From NCBI RefSeq assembly GCF_009914755.1, contig NC_060936.1: DNA of 64,000 nt, one strand, 5' to 3'. The notes under the pieces are model-generated. The model ran no database searches and had not been told where the DNA came from. It saw only the letters and a program-made list of their open reading frames with translations. Origin of the DNA: the human T2T-CHM13v2.0 reference genome, Homo sapiens. Positions 1-13,998 of the stretch are shown here, piece after piece (within the stretch, counting starts at the first letter, position 1; every line of letters starts with the position of its first letter). The position numbers and the translations under genes were made by a program.

Positions 1-910
<910 letters not shown>

Positions 911-944
911 TATAGTTTTACATTTGAGTGTGTCTCCACCCTTT

Positions 945-1084
945 GCCAGATGTGGTGGCATGTGCTTGCGATTCCAGCTCCTTGGGAGGCTGAAGAGGGA
1001 GGATCGCTTGAGCCTAGGAGTTTGAGTTCAGCCTGGGCAATGTGGCAAGACCCCATCTCTGAACAGAATAAATAAATAAATAAA
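945..1084 (+). mobile_element. FLAM (Alu monomer)
   Basis: Single Alu arm ending 'ccccatctct' with an (AAAT)n tail. Confidence 0.85.
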
Positions 1085-2019
1085 TCTCTCCTCTTTGATA
1101 CGGCCCCTTTCTGCCAAGTTGTGGCCTCTGTCAAAGAAGAATGCTGATCAGCACTGTCTGGGACAACACTCAGCAGTTTTAACCCAGAACTCAATGGCCC
1201 TGGTAGCTTGAATTAAGCATTTGACTCACTTATTCAACAACTATTAACTGAGGCGAGCATTTTCCCAGGTGCTGGAAACGTAGATGTGTAAAACTGACCG
1301 AGACCTCAGGCTCATTGATTTCCCCTTCTGGTGAGGAATATTGATGATTAATCCTAAATTTTATACGATGATAGGCCTATAAAGAACATAGAACAGGGTA
1401 ATGGGATGGAAAGACAGCCACAGGCGTGGGAGTGGGGGGGGCTGGGGGTTCTATTTAGATTCCTCTGACAGTTGAATTGAACCTGAATGAAGAGGAAGAG
1501 CCAGACACGGGGAGATGTAGAGAAAGTGTGTTTCTGACAAGAAGAAGAATGAAGTACAAAGAAGCGGGGATGCAGAATCTACTGTCTGACAAAGCGTTTT
1601 CATTTGCAAAGATGTTGATTCCAGCAACCAAATTGAGCGACGGGTGATGAAAACTCGACAAATTGCTGTCATACCCCCACACTTTAGTCCCAGAAAGGAA
1701 AGTCAAACCAGCACAGAATACATCCAGGCCTTTCCTAGGTTTGACACACAGAATTATAAATATGACTCTGCCAGGCACACACAAGGCAAGGCAAGGCCAA
1801 GGCCAAGACAAAGGTCTGACTCAGCCTGTAGAGATACGATGAACTGCTCTGAGATTCAGACAGTTTCTACTTCCATGGACAGAGGAGGGAAGAGTGCTCA
1901 AAGGTGCCAGCTCTCAATGGCCCTTGTCCCACACAAGAAAGGACAATGCCAAGACACAAGAAGTGTGACGATTGCATTGCAAGCCATGGGCTATGCCACT
2001 GCTGAGAAGCCAACCCTAA

Positions 2020-2362
<343 letters not shown>

Positions 2363-2525
2363 TGCTACTAAGGAATTTTCTATTCTGCTGCTCTTTCCTG
2401 AGGGAGGCCTGACAGACAATTCATACCTCATAGGAACCTGGAAAGTGACGAGAAACTCCCACATGGCAGCCTCCCAGGACATATAGGGAGGTAAGTGGGA
2501 GATGGTCTCAGAGTGGCTCTTCTTC

Positions 2526-2805
<280 letters not shown>

Positions 2806-3503
2806 GTCAGAGTGGCTCTTCTTAACCCTCTCACCCTTTTGTGGTCCTGGAGGGCCGTAAGGTGTTCTAGCAAAACTGACATTAGCTGCAGCTGGAGTCT
2901 CTTCCTATGTGGCCTGCATAGATGGGTCACCAGGATGCCTCCAGGGTTCCATACCTCTATAAGTGCTCCCACTGGTTTATTATCCCTATAATGCCCCTCC
3001 TCCACAGCCCAAAGTGCACCATTCTTTTTAGGTTCTACAACCTTGTCTCTGACCCTGTTCTCAGATTTGGCCCCAATCCTGGTCATGCATAGAGCTTCAG
3101 CTAAGATCAGAAAATGAAGTCCAGTCACCTCCAGGCCAGTAAAACAGAAACACAGGCAGTTTTGTAGATGCCGGGGCTCTACCAGCTTAAGGTGGTCAGT
3201 TCCCAGCAAGGCTCTTTCAGTCCATCTGCATTTTAGAATTTTCCAGTCCACAAGGTACCTGGTGACTCTCTGGGCAAAACCAATTGACAAGGGGACAGTT
3301 ACTTGGCATACAGAGCTGCTGTTCCCACCATGTAACCCTGATGCATTTCAACAGTCGTCTTTACTCGGCGCAGCACTTGGTCCTGATATGCACGCAGATT
3401 GAGAAAATAAAGAATAAGGGCTCCCCAGGAAACAGTTCCACAATATACACAAATGAAAAAGGATTTACACAGTAGACCCTAAATAGTTTCTAAGGAGCCA
3501 TTA

Positions 3504-3815
<312 letters not shown>

Positions 3816-4509
3816 TTAACAGAAGGAGCCATTTGTTCTGGAAAACAAACATATTAATGTTCCATTTAAAATCTGAGACTCAGCAGAACGTCAGGAATGT
3901 AATAAATTGCTACATTCTTCTTTGTCAACCAAAAGAATGACTGTCAAGTTCAGTAAGTCACATGGCAGTGTTGTGGAGCCTAATACACAGCTGTCCATCA
4001 GCAGCCCACAGCTCAGAATGGGCTGATGATCCATCTCTAGGGCTCCGTGTTGTGGAAAGCAGGCTGCCCTTCACTGGATGAGTAACCTAGCCAGCATTTC
4101 ACCTCTGTGCATGCCACGCATAGCTCTTCCCTCCCCAGCCCAGGCACGGGCATGCCACAATCCTAGCTCCACACACAGAAAAGCCGCCCGGATCATTTCA
4201 TGTAGCTTCACCGCTCCTCCAATCACAAAGCACACCCTGGACCTTGACCTATGCTGCTTCTACTTACCTGGGGTCTAAGGACCAGAGGTTTAAACTTCCC
4301 GAGCTTTAGAATTTGCAGAGAATAGTGGGGACCTCATGGTATGTGGAAGCATCAGGAGACCAAGCGTGAGAAAGAACTTCATACACTACACGATTTGCTA
4401 CATAAACTATGAGCAATGTAAGAAGGTACTACACTGGACTTCTCATTTCACCAAATGGGATTAGAAGTAATGCAAGAAAATCCCACCTGCCTTAATTCAT
4501 AGAATGGCA

Positions 4510-4740
4510 ACATTGTATGTGTGTTTGGAGGTGGGGGCAGGTGGGGGGGCTAAGAAGTTGGTGAATTCTTTATAAGTGAAAAAGACTAGTGTGATTGTGG
4601 TATTTGCATGTGCAGGGAGCCCCTTGTCATTGACATGGACTTGTAAATTGCAGGCTATCACCTTGTCAGGGAAGTCACTGAACAGAGTTAAAACAGAAAG
4701 CCATGCAGCACAGGCTTGTGAATGATCCTGATCCATCAGC
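4510..4740. repeat. Left arm of a ~230-bp dispersed inverted repeat (partner 7131-7335)
   Basis: Reverse complement 'gatcattcacaagcctgtgctgcatggctttctgttttaactctgttcagtgacttc' matches 7145ff 'ggtcattcacaatcctgtgctggatggcttttgttttaactctgttaggtgacttc'. Confidence 0.9.
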
Positions 4741-6715
4741 CTCTTTCTGTCCCCGTGAATCCACCTGCACCCAGATCCAAGGAAGGTGACGGCAGAGCGG
4801 CTGATCCACCAGCTCCTCCCAGGCCTGAGCTACACACAGGTGTTCCTTCTCTGCCAATAAGCCTGCCAGGACCAATGTAGGCTGAGAAGTCTTTTCCTGC
4901 CTCTGGGGGCCTAGGCAAGGTCTGCAGTCTGGGCTCCCAAATCCCAACCTGTGTGGAAAGAGTTTTGAAAAAGAACCTGATGCCTGTTGCTTGTCTAACG
5001 AAATCTCCTACCACGGACAGCTCCCTGCACTGGGACTTCTGTAGGAATGTGGGTGAGGAAACCACAATTATCTGCTTCTTTGCATTTGCCAAGAGGTAAC
5101 AGAGGAACACTGGAATATAGCCATGGCATTGACAAAACCAAAATGCACTGTCCTGCCTAATATCAAATTCTACCCCCAATTGAGCTATGTTAGACTTCAT
5201 ATAGGATTGGTCATATCCAACTTTTTTCCACTTAGCTAAGGTTGTAGAAACTTCCAAATGCTGCTCTAATATTGCAGCCATCAACCAGAAGTGGCTATTT
5301 AAATTGAAATATAAATTTATTACAATGACATAACCAAATGGTCCCAGCTGAGCTCAAGCTGGGTGTGGATACATGGGTGCTATGATTCCTCAAATATCAA
5401 TTGGTACAAGTTACTTTGCATGGGGAAGAAAATTTGTGTTGAATAAGGGTTTCTGAACCACGAGAGAACTGAAAGGGAGTGCACACAGAACCATCTTCCC
5501 CACTAGAGGACCCCTATTTACTTTGATACCTTTAGTGAAAAGACAAATAAAAAGAGAATTTAAGGGTTGAGTTTTGAATTGATGAAGAGATGCAGGAACT
5601 TAGAAACTTAGGTGTCCAGTTTTCTGTGAAGCCTCCACCCCACCACCATGTCCCATCCACAGCATTCCAGGCTAAAAAGCCTCTTCCCTAGTCACAGGAA
5701 TTCTCCACGAATCCATCGATTAAATCACTTCCTACAAGGGATGCTTGGTCCTGTAAGATCAAATTTTCAATTTCTCTTTGGGCTGCGCTGTGATTTGTAA
5801 CCAGAACTAGGGAACTGCTTCCAACACCTGCCAGGTTCTCAGCATTCCGTAGACCTCAGAGAAGCTAATGCCAGGGAAGCAAAGATCCAGAGAGAGGAGA
5901 AATGAGCTCTGCCACCAGCCATTTCATCCTGTTAAATTCACACTCTGGTCGTGGGGTAAAGAAAGAGAAGTGGCCAGTCTTTGGGCAAAGAGGGTAGGTC
6001 TGCATGACAGGGTCAGCCCCTCTGACTGTGGGCACGTCCTGCTGCTCTCTGACTTCCCAGCCTGTGAACTGGACCAGCTGCGGGAACCTGCCCAAGTCCA
6101 GCAATGAATGGAATAACAAGTAAGGCAGAGCCACCTCTATGTAAAGTGGGTTGTTTTTTTTTTTTTTTTTTTTTTTTTTTTGAATTGGTTCTCTCAATCC
6201 AGAGGAAAGACTTCTTGTACTTTTGGGGAGCAGACATACTTGGTAATAAGTCCATTTCTATGGAAGTTTATTCATAGCTATTAATTTCATCTGCTCATGA
6301 TCTATTCTTGATAAGCCTTTCCAATTTAGAAAAGTGCTTCATGATACTCTCAACTTAATAATTACCACTGCCTTTGAGGAATTTTTATCAGAGTTTCAGC
6401 CATGAGATATGCATTAGGCATTTTTGCTGGGGTGAAGAAGCGCAGGTGTGAGTGTGTGTGTGTGAATGTGTGTGTGCTAGAAGGGGTCAGGTGTGAAGTG
6501 GCCACACTGCTTGGATGTTTCTCCCTCAAGCTAGAGCACACAGCCTTCTTCCAAAAGGGCTTTCTTCCCATAAGCCCTGTTTCCCACGTGTGCATAAAAG
6601 GACACTCACTTAGGGATTTTAGTCACCCCTTTTCCCACCCACTATGCTCAGACCAAGAGTCTCCTCCCTGTCATAAGAACTCCCCCACATATTCACCTGT
6701 TTATCCTGCTTCTTA

Positions 6716-6997
6716 ATGGCAGGAGGCCTAAGGATGCCCTCCTTAGAAAGCCTGCTGGCAAAGCTGATGCTTGGCCCATGTCCAGGAACTCAGATTTCAG
6801 GAGGAGGCTTCCCACCATTCCCTCACTATGCCTAATCTCTTTGTGCAAACAATATGGTTCATGCTGAACACTCGTGTTCTCTCTAGGGGTCTGGAATTTT
6901 GGAATCCGCTAGGCAGGGGATACCTAGGTGACTGGCCCACAGTAAAAACCCTGGGCACTGAGTTTTAAAGAGCTTCCCTGTGAATAGAACATCTCTC
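6716..6997 (+). mobile_element. MER68-like ERVL LTR fragment
   Basis: 'ccttagaaag..cctgct', 'tgtgcaaacaatatggttcatgctgaaca', 'tctggaattttgg', 'aaaaccctgggcactgagt'. Confidence 0.75.
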
Positions 6998-7130
6998 AGC
7001 CTACTTTGGCCCTGGCGGGCACACTGGCAGAGAAGGAGCAAGCTGGCATGTGTGATTCCAGCCTCAGGAAGATTGTGGATCAGTTGCTCTGCCATCGCCT
7101 TTCTTAGATCGGGGTAAACCTCAATTCAGG

Positions 7131-7335
7131 GTGATGGAAACGGGGTCATTCACAATCCTGTGCTGGATGGCTTTTGTTTTAACTCTGTTAGGTGACTTCT
7201 TTGACAGTGCAATAGCCTGCAATTTATCATAATTAGGGGCGCCTTGTGTATTAAAATATTAAGAATAGCCCTTGTCTTTTTCACTTATATGGAACCCACC
7301 AAGCTTCTTCTCTCCTCCCCCCAAAACACATACAG
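7131..7335. repeat. Right arm of the inverted repeat (partner 4510-4740)
   Basis: Shared blocks include 'atagcctgcaattta', 'gtctttttcacttata' and 'acacataca'. Confidence 0.9.
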
Positions 7336-8194
7336 CATACAATATTAAGGGAGAGGAGGAGGAAAAAGGGAGTATAAATTATGAGGATATCTGGGGAAAG
7401 CAGGCTCAGTCTCCTTCAACATGCAAGCGTCCTGCAGTGAGCCTGGGTTGGAAGATGAGGACCTGTCATTTTCTCACTCAGGCTCAGCATCCAGGCACTT
7501 CTTAGGATGGGAGCCTCTTTCTACACTGAGTGTGCTCCTAGGCTATTCTGTAGCCTACTAATGGTGTCTATTGTGTAGGCAGCATGGTGCCCAGGCCTAC
7601 ACCAGCTCCACCTGGTATTCAACCCAAGGACTGTGCTCAACCTTGAGGAAGAGCTGGCTGTGTGGACTTACTGATGCTGAATTGGACAGATAAATGTGTC
7701 TGTCTTCTGCACCATGTTTTCCTGCATAGGTTTTCATGGATCATTTTGCTTCTAAGCTATCTGTACCCTATGAGCCAATATTAGAACACAAGACGCACAC
7801 CACCACACCAAAATGCAACTCCACTGTAAAAAAGATAAAAGTATGGCTATTCTGTTGAATCTTAGGGAAGGAGACTTGTGTCTATGCCTTCTTGGCACTT
7901 CCTTTATTCCAATAGGGTCCCCCAGTGCATTTTCCTGCATTATATGGTCTTATGGAATTCAGTATGAAAACCATGGGCTGACCAATCTTAAACTAAACCT
8001 TGTATGCTAATATCTTCAAAGCCCTCTGATTTAGGTCATTATCCCATCTTCTCTACTTATGTAGTCTTCATCTTTCTTAATAACAGCTCCCAGGCCAGTC
8101 CAGCCCACCTCTTTGGTAAGCAGCCCCAAAGCACCCTTGACTTCACTTCACTTCCCAAATAAGCATCATAATTATAATATAATAATAATAATAA

Positions 8195-8438
8195 TTATTA
8201 TTATTATTTTTGAGACAGAGTCTTGCTCTGTCACCCAGCCTGGAGTGCAATGGCATGATCTCGGCTCGCGGGTTCAAGCAGTTCTCCTGCCTCAGCCTCC
8301 TGAGTAGCTGAGATTACAGGTGCCTGCCACCACGCCTGGCTAATGTTTGTATTTTTAGTAAAGATGGGGTTTCACCACCTTGGCCAGACTGGTCTCGAAC
8401 TCCTGACCTCAGGTGATCCATCTGCCTCGGCCTCCCAA
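8195..8438 (-). mobile_element. AluS (internally deleted, 5'-truncated) with AAT/ATT tail
   Basis: Alu consensus phrases; tail merges into (AAT)n at 8173-8205. Confidence 0.9.
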
Positions 8439-8783
8439 TGAGCATCATGTTTAAGATAACTTGATCAATCTCTGACTTCCCCCAGTAGACAATAACTCCT
8501 TGAGGACTAGATTATGTGTGTATTGCTCCCTGCACCATCTGTAGTGGCTGGCATGGTGCCTGGCAAAGTGTAGGAATCCTCTAATCAGTGTTTGTTTAAT
8601 TCATCGAGTATACTCAAAGATCTGACAGGATACTCTGTGACATTCTGGGGACGTAATTTGCATTCTGGGAGACAAGAAATGACTAGTTGATTGAGTCTTG
8701 AGCCATATCCTCACACCTAGCTGGTAAGTATATTTATATACACTTGGCTTCATGGAAAACACATCTATCTCTCTTAATAAAAC

Positions 8784-9001
8784 ATTAGTTCCCAACTGGG
8801 AGCCATCTGAACCCCCAGGGAACATTGGACAATACTTGGAGACAAATTTGTTTATCACAAACTGGGTGATGCTTCTGGTATCTAGCAAGTAGAGGCCAGA
8901 GATGCTGCTCAACATCCCATAACACAGCACAGCCATCTCTCCAACACCCACGATAATGTTCTGGCCCAAAATGTGAGTCATGCCAACGCTAAGAAACTCT
9001 G
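8784..9001. mobile_element. MER20 (hAT-Charlie)
   Basis: 'ctggtatctagcaagtagaggccagagatgctgctcaacatcc...ctggcccaaaatgt...aagaaactctg'. Confidence 0.85.
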
Positions 9002-9254
9002 CATAATGCAGTAAGCATTTTAAAGGCCAAGCCTGTTATTAACAGCTTAGTCACCCCAGGGGCTAGCACAGTCACTGGCATATTTATCTACAGGGTACTA
9101 TTTATTTGTTGAGTACCTACTAAATGCCAGAAAATGGGAATTCAGAGGCAAACAAAACAGACAAGTCTCCCTTGCCTTTAATAGGTATTAATAAATAAAA
9201 TCATGCCAAGTAAAATATAATTGCTATAATAAAAGTCCAACAGAGCAGTTTAAT

Positions 9255-10340
9255 TTTTAGAGAGTTAAATAGAAAATTAAAACCACAATGAGATACCAAC
9301 ACACACTTATGCTTAAAATTAAAAAGTAACAAAATGCCAGTTGCAGTGGCTCACACTTATAATGCCAACATTTTAAGAGGCTGAGGCGAGAGGACCACTT
9401 GAGCTCAGGTGTTTGAGATCAGCCTGGACAACATAGCAAGACCTTATCTCCACAAAATAATAATAATAAAAAAAAAGCTGAGTGTGGCAGCACATCCTAT
9501 AGTTCCAGCTACTTGGTGGGGCTGAGGTGGGAGGATCGCTGGAGTCTAGGATTTCAAGGCTGTAGTGAGTGGTGATCATGCCACTGCACTCTAGCTGGGG
9601 TGACCGAGTTAGACTGTTTCTCAAAAAAAAAAAAAAATTAATAATAATAATAATACCAAATGCTGGGGAGAATGCAAAGAAAGTAGATCCCTTATAGACC
9701 TGTACATGAATGATTAGAGTAGTCTTATTTGTAATAGTCCCAGACTAGAAACAAACCAATGTTCTTTACGGCTAAATATTTAAACAATCTGCACCAGAGA
9801 AGCTAAGAAACAAAAAGAAACACCCTATTGAGGCATGTACCATCCTGGATGGACCTCAAAGGAATTACAATGAATGGAAAAAAAAAAAAAAGACCATCTC
9901 AAAAGGTTTCATACTATCTGATTCTTCTTACATAACATTCTTAAAATGACACAAACATAGGGATGAAGAAAAAATTAGGGTTTGCCAAGGGTTAGGGAGG
10001 AAGCTGGGAGGGAGAGGAGTGGTTGTAGCTATGAAAGGAGAAAGAAAATGTTCTGAATCTTGAGTATGAGGGTGATTACATGAGTCTACACATGTGTACA
10101 ATTGCATAGAATAAACTGCATAGAATAATCACCACGCACAAGTGCAGGTAAAAGTGGGGAATTCTAATAAGGTCCATGGATTGTGTCCATTTCAATGTCC
10201 TAGTTTAAGTGCTGTGCTATAGTTATGCAGTTGTGGCCACTGAGGGAAACTGGGTGAAGTTTGCACAGGATCTCTCTGTATTATTTCTTACAACCACCTG
10301 TGAACTGCAATTATCTTGAAATATAAAGCTTCAAAAGTTA
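9255..10340 (+). mobile_element. L1MB/MC 3' region with inserted AluJ
   Basis: 'aaattaaaaccacaatgagatacc', 'tttgtaatagtcccagactagaaacaa', L1MC-type 3' UTR 'ggaaactgggtgaag...ggatctctctgtattatttcttacaac'. Confidence 0.8.
9336..9655 (+). mobile_element. AluJ
   Basis: Dimer with A/AAT tail. Confidence 0.92.
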
Positions 10341-10357
10341 AATACAAATTTAAATTT

Positions 10358-10612
10358 GATAGCCATTGTTTACTCTCTACTTCTATGAGTTTGACTTTTT
10401 TAGATTCCACAGGCAATAGTAATGTATAATTTAAAATAAGAGTAAATGTCAAAGCCTGACCACAAAAAAATGAGTAAATGAGTTGATGGATGTATTGATC
10501 AGCTTGATTTAATCATTTCACATTGTATACATATATCAAAACCTCACATTGTACCCCATAAATGTGTACAATGATTTGTCAATTTAAAATAATATCAATA
10601 AAAATAATAATA
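10358..10612 (+). mobile_element. L1MA 3' end with inverted 5' segment
   Basis: 10360-10411 is antisense L1MA ('ctctctacttctatgagtttgacttttttagattccaca'), followed by the sense 3' end ('catatatcaaaacctcacattgtaccccataaat'). Confidence 0.7.
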
Positions 10613-10680
10613 TGACCATCAAATTTGAATTTAAAATAAAGATATAATATAAATAATATAAATTAAACTATAAAAGAATA

Positions 10681-10752
10681 TTAGGTTGGTGCAAAAGTAA
10701 TTTGCAATTACCTGTAATAGCAAAAACCGCAATTACTTTTGCACCCACAGAA
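10681..10752. mobile_element. MADE1 (Hsmar1-derived MITE)
   Basis: 'ttaggttggtgcaaaagtaat...caaaaaccgcaattacttttgcacc' with TA on both sides; ~8-bp deletion in the left arm. Confidence 0.95.
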
Positions 10753-11089
10753 TATAAACTACAATAGGAGAGCATGAGAGGGTGTTCAGGGACTGTCTCT
10801 ATAAGGAGGTGATATTTGAGCTGAGACCTGAAGGATGAGTGGAAGCCAGCCACATCCCCAGTAAGTGTTTACAGATCAAATGAGTAAATCTAACTTAAGA
10901 AAAAAAAGTGGTCCTGGCAGTGTAGTAATTATCCCAACTCACTGGCATGAATACAAAGAGAGAATATAAAGTGAAAAGGAGATGCCTTCTCAAAGGTCAC
11001 GTCCTGGCGACACTCTGAGCACCCAGTCTTACTGTGAGCTCTCTAGCTCTGCGATTCTAACTCCCTGCATTCTTTGCCCTATTTCTTTC

Positions 11090-11307
11090 TGTATCATTTC
11101 ACTTCTAACATATCAACGTAGATATTGTTATGCGCAAGGTCTCCATTCCTCTACTAGAATGAAATGCCTTGAAGGCAGGAATTTTTGCCTGTTTTGCTCA
11201 CTAATATATCCAGAACATAGAAGTCTGCCTGGGACGTAGGAGGTACTCTGCTGAATGAATGAAGTCTGCCTGGGACGTAGGAGGTACTCTGCTGAATGAA
11301 TGAATGA
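11090..11307 (+). mobile_element. L2 3' end
   Basis: 'actagaatgaaatgccttgaaggcaggaatttttgcctgttttgctcact...tgaatgaatgaa'. Confidence 0.85.
11220..11301. repeat. Perfect 41-bp tandem duplication
   Basis: gaagtctgcctgggacgtaggaggtactctgctgaatgaat x2. Confidence 0.98.
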
Positions 11308-11859
11308 GTGTTAAACACAGTTTGAGCAGGTCTCAGAGGAGCATGTGCCGAGTGCAGCAGAGCCCCTGAGCTGCAGGTGAGTGAAGGAGACAGACCTGCG
11401 TAGGCAGGCAGGCCAGGGAAGGCTCCCGGGGAGGCTGGGCTGTGGCTGAGCTTTGAGGACTGGGCTAGATGACAGGCAGCTGCCATAGCCCCACTGCGTG
11501 GGGTCCCCTCATCACCCCCGTTTCCCCTCCTGACATCCTTCCCACTCCCTGAGTCTCCAACAACACTGGTGTCCTGGAGAGGAGCGGGGCACATTCCCGC
11601 TCACGGATTCCTTCAATGGCCCTGAGGTCGTTTCATCTAATTCTCTCCCACTCACACAACTTTTTTTTCATCAGGATCTAATGGCTGGCTCTGAGAATCA
11701 GACATGAGCAAATAACCTCCTCCTGAAATTGCATAAAATCCAGGCACCACATCCTCATTTCCGTTTTGTCAAGGGCGGTTATGCTTTCTCTGCTCTTGCT
11801 GTGAAAATAATATTTCAGGTTGACAGGAAAGGCAGTCATTGGTATTTGAAGGTCAAGAG

Positions 11860-12123
11860 CTATGCTGCCAATAAGGTAGTTCCTGGCCACAGATGATATT
11901 AACATGTGGGATGCGGCTAGTCTGCAGTGAGATGTGCTGTAAATGTGAAATGCACGAAGATATGGTTGATTTAGTGCAAATGTAATTGTATAAAATACCT
12001 CATTCATATTTTTAAGTCTGATTACGTGTTGAAATGTTAATATTTTGGCTATATTGGATTGAATAACATGTTTAATATGAATCCCACCCACTACTGTTTG
12101 GTTTTGCTTATGTTTAACATGAC
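11860..12123. mobile_element. MER33-like hAT-Charlie element
   Basis: 'gctagtctgcagtgagatgtgctgtaaatgtgaaatgcac', 'gattacgtgttgaaatgttaatattttgg'. Confidence 0.75.
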
Positions 12124-12622
12124 ATTATAATATAAAATTTTGATCCATTTTTAACCAAGGTGGAATAATAGGGACCGGATATCCCCTCCTACCTGAAACA
12201 AATTTTCTAGAAAATCAGAAACAATATAGAAAACAATCAATTTCAAGAAATTGGACTTCAGACAGTGAAGGAAAGTGATCCTTCCTTGCTTGAGAGATGG
12301 AAAACCAATGAGCTGAGATGTGTAGTTGCCCTGGTATCTCCCTTTGAGGGAGTTTCCAGGCTATGGCTTAGGAAAAGGGAACCCAGACTATGCCCAGCAG
12401 GCACTGAGTTGACGAGACAGAGATGAAGGTACAGGGAGAACACCGATGAGCTGATCAAAAAACAGAGCACTCAATAAGAGACGACTGCCCTGGGAGAGAA
12501 TTCTGGAGACCAGCAGTGGGTCCCTCTTGTGAATTCGAGAGTACCAGTGGATATATGAACGAAGAAGCTAGCCTACAACAGAGAAAGAACCACCCGAACG
12601 ATTAAAGAGAACACACCTCAGA

Positions 12623-12858
12623 CCAGGGGACAGCTAAGACAATTGCTGTAATTATTTTTTTCTTTGCCTGTTTCTTTCTCCCAATATCCCAAGCCCTTCC
12701 AGGAAATGATGGCTCCAAAAGCATCTTAAACTATACTCCTAAATGCAACTTTTAGGAATTGTTCCTCTTTTTGTTTCTTCCTAGTATTATCCTTGATAAA
12801 ATTCAAAATGACTTAATGAATTAATTTCTATTTAAATCTCCATAAAATAGAAAAAATC
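12623..12858 (+). repeat. ~235-bp dispersed direct duplication, copy A (partner 14616-14851)
   Basis: 'ggggacagctaagacaattg...tgacttaatgaattaatttctatttaaatctc' in both copies, ~90% identical by eye. Confidence 0.97.
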
Positions 12859-12879
12859 CATCAGACAGGTAAATCTCAT

Positions 12880-13449
12880 GGCACTAGTTTTCAACTGCTG
12901 TGTATCAAGTTACCAGAAACATCGTTTGTTAAAACAAACCACATTTACTATCTCATAGAATTTGTGGATGGGGAACCTTCTGCTCAGGGTCTCCCAAAGC
13001 TGAGATCAAAGTACTGGCTGGGCTGTGTTCCATCTCAGAGCTCAAACGAGGAAGGATCTCCTTCCAAGATCTCTCATGGTGTCAGGATTAATTGCCTCGA
13101 GGCTGTAGGATGAGTAGCAGCTTGCTTCTTCAAAGGCAGAAACAGAGAGAAAGTAACTGCTGCTATAGAGTCTTCGACCTCAAGACCATCGCTTAAAGGG
13201 TCAGGGCCAAACTGGATAATCTCCCTTTTATTTAATTTAAAGCCAACTGATAAGAGGTTTTAATTACATCTGACAAACCCTTTACCTTTGCTATATAACA
13301 TAATGTAATTACAAGAGTGACCTGTCATTGCTTTTGCCGTGTTGTATCAGATAGAAGCAAATCACACACATGTTCTGCCCACACTGGAGGAGAGAGGTTT
13401 ACACAAAGGTATGACTCATTGGGGGCCATCCTAGGGTGTTTATGCCACC
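12880..13449 (-). mobile_element. MLT1E-like MaLR LTR
   Basis: 'catttactatctcatag', 'gctgagatcaaagtactggctgggctg', 'ttaattacatctgacaaaccc'. Confidence 0.75.
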
Positions 13450-13857
13450 GTTTTCTAGAATGTTGAAAAGATTGTGGTCTCAGTAGTGGGGAAAATTGAA
13501 TCCTTGATTAAACGCAGTACTCGTCCCACTTGAGAAATCCCTAAAGAAATAGTAAAAAAGGATAAATTTTCAAGTAACATAAATGCATCCAAGAACAAAT
13601 TTCAAGAATATTTATTAGAATACAAAAACATCAGCATTCGATGGAGTAAAATCCACAACACCTGACATCCAACTAAAGATTTCCATGAATTCAAAGAAGA
13701 AGAAAAACATGACCCTGAATGAACAGAAAAACTAGTCGATGAAAACAATGAAGTACATATCCGGTATGGATAATTACTAGGAATCGACACTCAAGAGTTA
13801 CAACTGTATTACCTATGTTCAAAAAGCTAGAGGATCGATTGTAGCCCTCGTTGGTAA

Positions 13858-13998
13858 GAGTAAATCTCCTTTACTCAATCCATCAATTAAAATGTTAATC
13901 TCTTAAGGAAACACTCACTGATATACCCAGAGTAATGTTTTACCAGCTGTCTAGGAATCCCTCATCATAGTCAAGTTGATACATAAAATCCATCATCA
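13858..13998 (-). mobile_element. MLT2 (ERVL) LTR fragment
   Basis: 'aaatgttaatctc...aacactcactgatatacccagagtaatgttttaccagct...gtcaagttgatacataaaat'. Confidence 0.8.

Larger units (their letters stand above)
12150..13835 (+). mobile_element. Old L1M (L1MD-like) 5'/ORF1 region, split by a templated insert and an MLT1
   Basis: 'gaaagaaccacccgaacgatta', 'ctcagtagtggggaaaatt', 'tcaagaatatttattagaatacaaaaa'. Confidence 0.65.

Noticed and set aside
6154-6181. Long T-run as a possible retrocopy poly-A tail
   Set aside because: No adjacent SINE/LINE body, no polyadenylation signal at the right distance and no TSD found.
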